Positions 58,014-64,000 of a stretch of 64,000 nucleotides of DNA are shown piece after piece. Within the stretch, counting starts at the first letter, position 1, and each line of letters begins with the position of its first letter. A program made the position numbers and the translations under genes. The stretch comes from Syntrophales bacterium (GTDB lineage: Bacteria > Desulfobacterota > Syntrophia > Syntrophales > UBA2210). The DNA lies in NCBI GenBank assembly GCA_963666365.2, contig CAXXNF010000001.1:640001-704000 (forward strand), written 5' to 3'. Below the pieces are notes generated by a model. That model was given only the letters and a program-made list of their open reading frames with translations, did no database searches and was not told where the DNA came from.

Positions 58014-59273
58014 TTACTTCCCTCCCCTCTTCTCGCAGTCTATGACCAGTTCTCCTGTACCTTCTTTCAGTTTCTTCAGCTTCTCTGCGGACAGCTCAAT
58101 TTTCAGCATCTCACTGGGTTTGACCGCCTTTATCGCTTTGGTCATAATATCGCCTATTTTGATCCTGACAGTCTCTTCCGGCTCTGCAACCCTCATATAG
58201 AGGGTGGTGTCTCTTGTACCGCTTATGGTCTGGGGCACAACGTATCTGATGTTTCTTCCCGCCGTGACCTTGATCTTTCCTCTTCCTTCCTGTGTTCCTT
58301 CCATTGCAAACCGGGCGGCACTCTCGCCCGCCAGCTCGCTCTCCCAGGAAACGTTATCAACAAGGTCGTGGACATGAAGGACATTTCCCCCTGCAAATAC
58401 ACCGTTAATATTCGTCTGTCTCGTCTCATCGACAAGGGCCCCTCCGGTCACCGGGTCCAGTTGCACTCCCGCCATGATGGACAGTTCGTTTTCCGGAATG
58501 AGACCGACCGACAGAAGGAGCGTATCACATTCAATCGTCCTCTCGGTGCCGGGGATCGGCGCCCTGTTGCCGTTGACCTGTGCCACGGTCACGGCCTCCA
58601 CCCGCTCTTCGCCATAAATCTGCGTCACGGTGTGGTTGAGAAATAACGGGATATCAAAATCATGGAGGCACTGCACCTCATTCCTGATCAAACCGCCTAT
58701 GTAGGGGAGTATCTCCACCACCGCCTCTACTCGCGCCCCTTCCAGGGTCATACGGCGGGCCATGATCATCCCGATATCCCCCGACCCCAATATCACCACC
58801 CTTTTCCCCGGGATAAACCCTTCAACATTGACATACCGCTGGGCGGTGCCGGCAGTGAGCACGCCGCCCGGCCTCGAGCCGGGGATATTCAACGCCCCGC
58901 GGCTCCGCTCGCGGCATCCCATGGCCAGCACGACCGACTTCGGTCTGAAGCTGATAAACCCCTCCCGTGTATTCACCGCACCGATCTGACGGTCCTTGCC
59001 AAGCCTGACGACCATGGTTTCCAGGAGCGGCGTAACACCGGTATCCATGACTTTCTCGATAAAGCGATGACCGTACTCCGGACCCGTGAGATCCTGATTA
59101 AAGTAGAGCACCCCGAACCCGTTGTGTACGCACTGATGCAACAATCCTCCCAACTCTTCCGCCCGCTCCATCAGAACGACACGCTCCGCCCCCGCTTCCT
59201 TCGCCCTGATCGCGGCGGCCATTCCGGCCGGTCCGGCGCCTATCACGGCTACATCTATGTCTTTGAGCTTCAT
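58014..59273 (-). CDS. FAD/NAD(P)-dependent oxidoreductase (pyridine nucleotide-disulfide family)
   Basis: IGAGPAG, QCVHNGFG, LTGPEY, AMGCRER, GSGDIGMIMARR, GNVLHVHDLVD. Confidence 0.9.
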   Translation of the reverse strand: MKLKDIDVAVIGAGPAGMAAAIRAKEAGAERVVLMERAEELGGLLHQCVHNGFGVLYFNQDLTGPEYGHRFIEKVMDTGVTPLLETMVVRLGKDRQIGAVNTREGFISFRPKSVVLAMGCRERSRGALNIPGSRPGGVLTAGTAQRYVNVEGFIPGKRVVILGSGDIGMIMARRMTLEGARVEAVVEILPYIGGLIRNEVQCLHDFDIPLFLNHTVTQIYGEERVEAVTVAQVNGNRAPIPGTERTIECDTLLLSVGLIPENELSIMAGVQLDPVTGGALVDETRQTNINGVFAGGNVLHVHDLVDNVSWESELAGESAARFAMEGTQEGRGKIKVTAGRNIRYVVPQTISGTRDTTLYMRVAEPEETVRIKIGDIMTKAIKAVKPSEMLKIELSAEKLKKLKEGTGELVIDCEKRGGK

Positions 59274-60757
59274 CGTTGCGCCTCCAGTAATTCCTTGCTT
59301 TTGTACTTGAGATGCCGGGATTCCCCGCCCTTTTTCGTCACTTCTTCCTCAGGAATACCCAGTTCCCGTGACAGAATCTTGGTTATTCGCGGGCCGCAGA
59401 ACCCACCCTGACAGCGCCCCATACCCGGCCTGCACCTGAACTTCACCCCGTCAAGGGTTCTGGCGCCCCGCCTGATTGCCTCGACGATTTCACCCTCGGT
59501 CACCGTCTCACAGCGACAGACTACATGCCCGTACCGTGGATCCTTGGCAATAAGCCGGCTTTTTTCCTTGTCGGAAAGCTCACTGAAATCGGGCAGCGCT
59601 TTTTCATATGGATCGAACTTCGGGTTTTCCTCCAAGGCCAACCCTTCCTTCTTCAGGATATCGATCATCTCCTTGCCAACCGCCGGCGCGGCACAGATCC
59701 CGGGGAACCCGATACTGGCATTAATAAAGCGAGGCACCCATCGCGACACACCGACGGTGCACTCATGCCACCCGACTTCAAAATTCCTGAACACGATAAA
59801 GCCGACAAAGGCGTTGATGATATCTTTCTCCGATATGGAAGGCACCAGCGCCCGGGCGTGCTTCAGTGCGGCATCGGCCAACTTTTGGTCGGTGGAGTGA
59901 TCATGGGCCCTCCCCAGCCGCTGCGTCCCCGGTGATATGCCGAAGAAAAGATTGCCGTGGATCGTGGGAGAAACCATGCCGTGTTTCGTCGAAAGGACCA
60001 TGTGATTGATCAGGCCGCCCACTTTCTTGTCCAGAACAGCCTGGTAGCTCTTGACCGGATACATGGCGAAATCGTCGGCATTGGCCATCCGCGCCACATC
60101 GTTCACATATTCCCCCGCCGCATTGATCAGATACCGGCACTTGATAGAGCCCTTATTCGTCTGCACTTCAAAATCATCGGTACCCACCGCTATGTCCAGC
60201 ACCTCGGTTCCCAGCAGGACGTTGATCCCGTTTTTTGCGGCATTGTCAACCAGGGCGATGGTGAGTCGAACAGGGTCATTTACTGCGATATTAGGATCAT
60301 AGACAGCGCCGGCATACTTCTTGTCGACATTCGGCTCCCATTCTCGAAGGGTATCCCTGTCGATAAACCGGAGCGGTTCTATGTCGGCAGGCAGATACTT
60401 GCCGTGCCAGTCATTGAATCGTCGCACCATCTTTTCAGGATGCTTCATCCCCGCCTGGTTCTCCACCAGCTCCAGCGACCCTATCTTCTTGAAGGGAATA
60501 TCCAGCTCCCGGCAGAGCGGCTCCATCATAGGCATGCCGGCCCAGACCAGCCGACTGTTATGGTACTCGGATCTGAACTCGAGGACATTCGCCCCCTGAC
60601 ACATGATGGTGGAGCTGTACTTGGTAATTCCCTGGCCGACATCCTCCCCCTTTTCAACCAGGGTCGCGTCAACCTTGTACCTGGACAGCTCCCTGGCTAT
60701 GGCAGCACCGCCGATCCCGCCTCCGATAATCAGCACCTCGGTTTGCAGCTGACTCAT
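59270..60757 (-). CDS. FAD-dependent oxidoreductase, GlpA/LhgO-like, with a C-terminal BFD-like [2Fe-2S] domain
   Basis: IIGGGIGG, INAAG, VCRCETVTEGEI, GMGRCQGGFC. Confidence 0.88.
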   Translation of the reverse strand: MSQLQTEVLIIGGGIGGAAIARELSRYKVDATLVEKGEDVGQGITKYSSTIMCQGANVLEFRSEYHNSRLVWAGMPMMEPLCRELDIPFKKIGSLELVENQAGMKHPEKMVRRFNDWHGKYLPADIEPLRFIDRDTLREWEPNVDKKYAGAVYDPNIAVNDPVRLTIALVDNAAKNGINVLLGTEVLDIAVGTDDFEVQTNKGSIKCRYLINAAGEYVNDVARMANADDFAMYPVKSYQAVLDKKVGGLINHMVLSTKHGMVSPTIHGNLFFGISPGTQRLGRAHDHSTDQKLADAALKHARALVPSISEKDIINAFVGFIVFRNFEVGWHECTVGVSRWVPRFINASIGFPGICAAPAVGKEMIDILKKEGLALEENPKFDPYEKALPDFSELSDKEKSRLIAKDPRYGHVVCRCETVTEGEIVEAIRRGARTLDGVKFRCRPGMGRCQGGFCGPRITKILSRELGIPEEEVTKKGGESRHLKYKSKELLEAQR

Positions 60758-60869
60758 AATTGTGCCTCCCTTTCAGTTTGATTGACCACCTCGGACCCTC
60801 TTTTAACTACCTACGGGTTGTTGCCTGTCAATGATTTTTACTCGATGAAACGCCGGTTCCTGTGTCGGC

Positions 60870-60899
60870 AGTGTAGACGTCTATTATTCCATGTGTCAA
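60870..60899 (-). promoter_or_regulatory. Putative sigma-70 promoter of the oxidoreductase operon
   Basis: TTGACA-18 nt-TACACT on the minus strand. Confidence 0.5.
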
Positions 60900-61006
60900 G
60901 AAAATATTGCCCATCACATATCTTTGAGGTCTGAAAAAAAATCTAGTCCGATGACAAAATCAGCAATTTAAAATAATTACAACTCGCAGGACAACGTGAT
61001 TGTTTT

Positions 61007-62178
61007 TTAATTCTGCCATCTCTTACCGGAAATTATTTGAAGGATATATATATCGCCTCCTGCAGACCGAATACATTGTCGCCATTGATATCTTTGTCCA
61101 TAACTATGTTTGATATGCTCAGGGGATCGACCAGAAGCCGCAAGGCGAGCACCGCATCCGCCATATCGATTGCACTGTCGTTATTCAGATCAGCCCCGAA
61201 ATGGGGGGACGCCTCTCCCCCCGCCGAGAAAAGAAAGGTGGTGTCAATATGCTTCTGAGCGCTCATGCCGCCGAAAAACAGGACATCGATAGAAAGATAG
61301 GGATTTTTCTGGTCGTGTAGCACCGCCGATGCCCCGCAAGAATAGGGAAAGGGCATCCTGTTCTCTCTCTGTGACAGGGTTTTCGCTGTGGTGTTATAGT
61401 CATAGACAATATCGCTTTCAACACCTCCTTCGGCAACTCCCCCGAAAATAATAATAATTTTCTCACCCTGTTCGTTGTCTCTCACCGCGGAAGCAGCATG
61501 CCCCCAAATCGGCGGACCGCCTTCTTGTGCGTTCCATTTTTTCGTGGAAACGTTGTAGGTAACAACCTTTCCCGGTTCATCGAAAATGAAAATAGTGTCT
61601 CCCGCGAGCTCCGCCGAATGGTTTGAGAATGCGAAGGGGCAAGGGAGCGATGTGTACGATTTGTCAGGGTTCAGCTTCCAGCAGTCGTGAAAGGAGTTTC
61701 CCTCGGTATCCGTTCCGCCCATAAGAATGACACTGCCGTCGGAAAGGACGGTGGCCGAATGTCCATGCCTCGGGGAGGGTTTCGTCTCGGAAGTCTGCTC
61801 TTCATTCCACTCATTCTTCCCTGGATCGAATGACCACAGATCATTCATCAGTTGCTGATTTCTTCCCGCGCCACCGTGTATGTAAAGCTTCCCGTCAATG
61901 TACCAGGCGCGGTGCCCTCTTCGGGCCGGCGGGAGTTTTACTGGAGGGTTTATGGGGCTCCATGATCCGCTGTCATAGGCAAAAAGATCGTTATAAATAT
62001 CCTGCGCGTCGTTTTCTCAGCCGAACATGATGATCCTGCCGTCGGGCAGCGTGGTCATGGTATGCCTGGCACGTGCTGAAGGAGGATCTGCGGCCTGCAA
62101 CGTCCGCCAGTCTCCTTCGGCATGAAGATTCGTGATAAACCCAAAGAAGGACGCACATACCAGCATCACTGTTTTCAT
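61007..62178 (-). pseudogene. Secreted kelch-repeat protein with a dockerin-like tail, disrupted by an in-frame TGA and a +2 frameshift
   Basis: One frame reads MKTVML...PPSARARHTMT..PDGRIIMFG*ENDAQDIYNDLF...PPARRGH...LYIHGG...MNDLWSF, with TGA at 62017-62019. An extra AT in (AT)5 at 61044-61053 changes the tail. Confidence 0.8.
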
Positions 62179-62244
62179 GGATGAGTCCTCCCGCTGCAAA
62201 AAGATAGTATCCAATGCACAGGCATACTTCATCTTTCGTGTCCC

Positions 62245-64000
62245 TCAATTCTCCATAGTACCGAGAAGGAACACCGCATCTCCCAGATCAATTCTGTCGT
62301 TCCCGGTGATGTCGGCCAGGGTTGTATCCAGCTCATCGGGACCTTTATTGACAATGATCCTCAGGATCGTGATCAAATCCGCCAGATCGGCAACGCCGTC
62401 GCCGTTGATGTCGCCCCAGCTGACCGTGCGTTCCGCCCGAAGGGGATAGCGGTGAAGCTGGGTTACTCCCGACGCCGCCTGAAAGAGCGCCGTCAGCTCC
62501 AGGGCGCCCTCCGTTCCGATGCACTGGAGATGGGGCTGACGAAAATCACCCTCGACAGGGGCGGCAATCTTTCTGAAGCCCCGGATGACCATGTTACTCA
62601 GGTCGACACCCCTGTAACAGAGATGCGTCCAATACCCGTCGCTTTCGGTCCAGGCCGCAACGAGATATTCCTTCCCGCCGTCACCGGCCGCTACCAGCGA
62701 AAGCTCCCGGGGCGCGGCGCCGGGAATGAGATTCTCATACTCCGCCCAGGCGCCCGTTCCTCCATCCCGGTAAAAAACCCCGATGCCGCCATTCTTCATT
62801 GCATAGGCAAGATAGGTCCGGTTGTTGTAACGGCAGAAGGCAAGTCCGCTGCCCGCCGACTCCCAGATGAGCAGGGAATCGGAAACTGCATCGGCCCACT
62901 CGATGAGGCGGAGCCCTCCCCTGTCGTCCCGATATGCCACCAGCGTGGGCCGCCGGGTAAGGTCATCGCTGCCGAGGGCATCAAAGCGTTCCAGGGCGGA
63001 CGGCGTCAGACTCAGGGGTGCGGACCAGGCGCTGCCGTTCCACAGCACGGCGCTGATGCCGGAACTGCCGGCGGCCGGCCCTTCTTTCTTTTCGCTGTAG
63101 ATCAGCGCGACGCTGTCGCCGTGGGGGACGAGCGTGGCGGCATCGGCCACATTCTCCAGGACAAGAACCGGCGCGGCGGCCGACCACTGGCTCCCTTCAG
63201 CATCCCCCAGGGCGTACATGAGTTTCGACGGTGGATAGAGTCCCTCTGCCTGATCCCGGGCAATCTCGGTCCAGAGCACAAGCCAGCCGCCCTGCGGAAG
63301 GGCAATGGCGTCGGCGGCCACCACGATACCCTGCACGGAAGCGACGGCGACCGGCGCACCCCGGCTCTGATCGCCTTTGCGCAGCGACGCCTTCAGCACC
63401 ATATCGCCCCCGGAGACGGCCATGTCGGTATAGAGCAGCAGGTCGCCGTCCGGCCGCGAGGCGCCCTGCGACAGGAGCAGGGGTAATGCCTTGTCAACAA
63501 CAACAGTAAGCTCATTTTTGAATTCCGCGGGGGTGCCGGCCGTCAGGTCCTGACGCTGGAGGGAAATTTCCATTTCAATGAGATCCATGGACGACTCCGT
63601 GCCGAACTGATGGTCGATTGGCCAGAGCTTCCAGAACCAGAGTTTTCTGAACTTCACCATCCATGCCTGCAGGTAGGCCTCCAGTGTGCCCCGCAAATCC
63701 CCCTTGATCTGTTTTATGATCGGCCAATCGGCATTGGGATTCACATCGATGAGCAGGGACGGGACGCCTGACCAGGGAGCGTCATCTCCGGAAACCTGTA
63801 CGGCGCCCTTGGCCCCCAGGACTCCCTTGAATGCGCTTACATGCATGCCGACGCCAAAATTAAAGGCGATCTCCAGCTTTTGGGGCTTCTCGGGATCCTG
63901 CTGTTTCGCCAGATAGGCAATTCCCGCTTCATCACCGCCGAGGAAATGCCGACGGCGCTGTTTCGTCCCGAGGTCGGGCTGTGATATATACGACGACGCC
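62245..64000 (-). CDS. C-terminal part of a large, probably extracellular protein with a dockerin-like tail, 5' truncated by the window edge
   Basis: The frame is open from the window end to 62245; beta-propeller-like Trp-containing repeats; ends WGDINGDGVADLADLITILR...ADITGNDRIDLGDAVFLL. Confidence 0.8.
   Translation of the reverse strand, partial: ASSYISQPDLGTKQRRRHFLGGDEAGIAYLAKQQDPEKPQKLEIAFNFGVGMHVSAFKGVLGAKGAVQVSGDDAPWSGVPSLLIDVNPNADWPIIKQIKGDLRGTLEAYLQAWMVKFRKLWFWKLWPIDHQFGTESSMDLIEMEISLQRQDLTAGTPAEFKNELTVVVDKALPLLLSQGASRPDGDLLLYTDMAVSGGDMVLKASLRKGDQSRGAPVAVASVQGIVVAADAIALPQGGWLVLWTEIARDQAEGLYPPSKLMYALGDAEGSQWSAAAPVLVLENVADAATLVPHGDSVALIYSEKKEGPAAGSSGISAVLWNGSAWSAPLSLTPSALERFDALGSDDLTRRPTLVAYRDDRGGLRLIEWADAVSDSLLIWESAGSGLAFCRYNNRTYLAYAMKNGGIGVFYRDGGTGAWAEYENLIPGAAPRELSLVAAGDGGKEYLVAAWTESDGYWTHLCYRGVDLSNMVIRGFRKIAAPVEGDFRQPHLQCIGTEGALELTALFQAASGVTQLHRYPLRAERTVSWGDINGDGVADLADLITILRIIVNKGPDELDTTLADITGNDRIDLGDAVFLLGTMEN

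Noticed and set aside
62017..62019. Selenocysteine or TGA=Gly recoding
   Set aside because: The position is a structural Gly, no convincing SECIS hairpin follows, and TGA ends many genes here (tkt, pgi, the sigma-54 activator).

Overview
This window looks like chromosomal DNA from an anaerobic bacterium, probably a Syntrophales/Desulfobacterota-type deltaproteobacterium (inferred from gene content). In order it contains: the 3' end of an MttB-like methyltransferase, a corrinoid protein and an AsnB-like ligase; tkt, pgi and a split metH; an aminotransferase; a hemolysin-III membrane protein; a four-subunit 2-oxoacid:ferredoxin oxidoreductase; an acyl-CoA ligase with four paralogous orphan ABC solute-binding proteins; glpK-glpD; a papain-family protease; a sigma-54 activator and its probable target operon (NifX-like protein, Tat-exported metallo-beta-lactamase-fold protein, polytopic membrane protein, two unknowns); an aspS-gatC fusion with gatA and gatB; a 3855-aa repetitive surface protein; a tRNA methyltransferase; an FAD-oxidoreductase/DUF1667/GlcG operon; and two further secreted proteins with dockerin-like tails, one of them disrupted. 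The strongest leads are: (1) a tRNA-dependent Asn pathway whose GatA has lost its catalytic Lys and nucleophile Ser, with an altered GatB and a GatC fused to AspRS; (2) an AsnB-like ligase with Ser in place of the catalytic Cys1, co-transcribed with methylamine-type methyltransferase genes; (3) an uncharacterised sigma-54 operon under a PAS activator carrying a C-X8-C-X3-C motif. I found no rRNA, tRNA, CRISPR array, transposase or reverse transcriptase. All family assignments come from motif recognition by eye, not from database searches.
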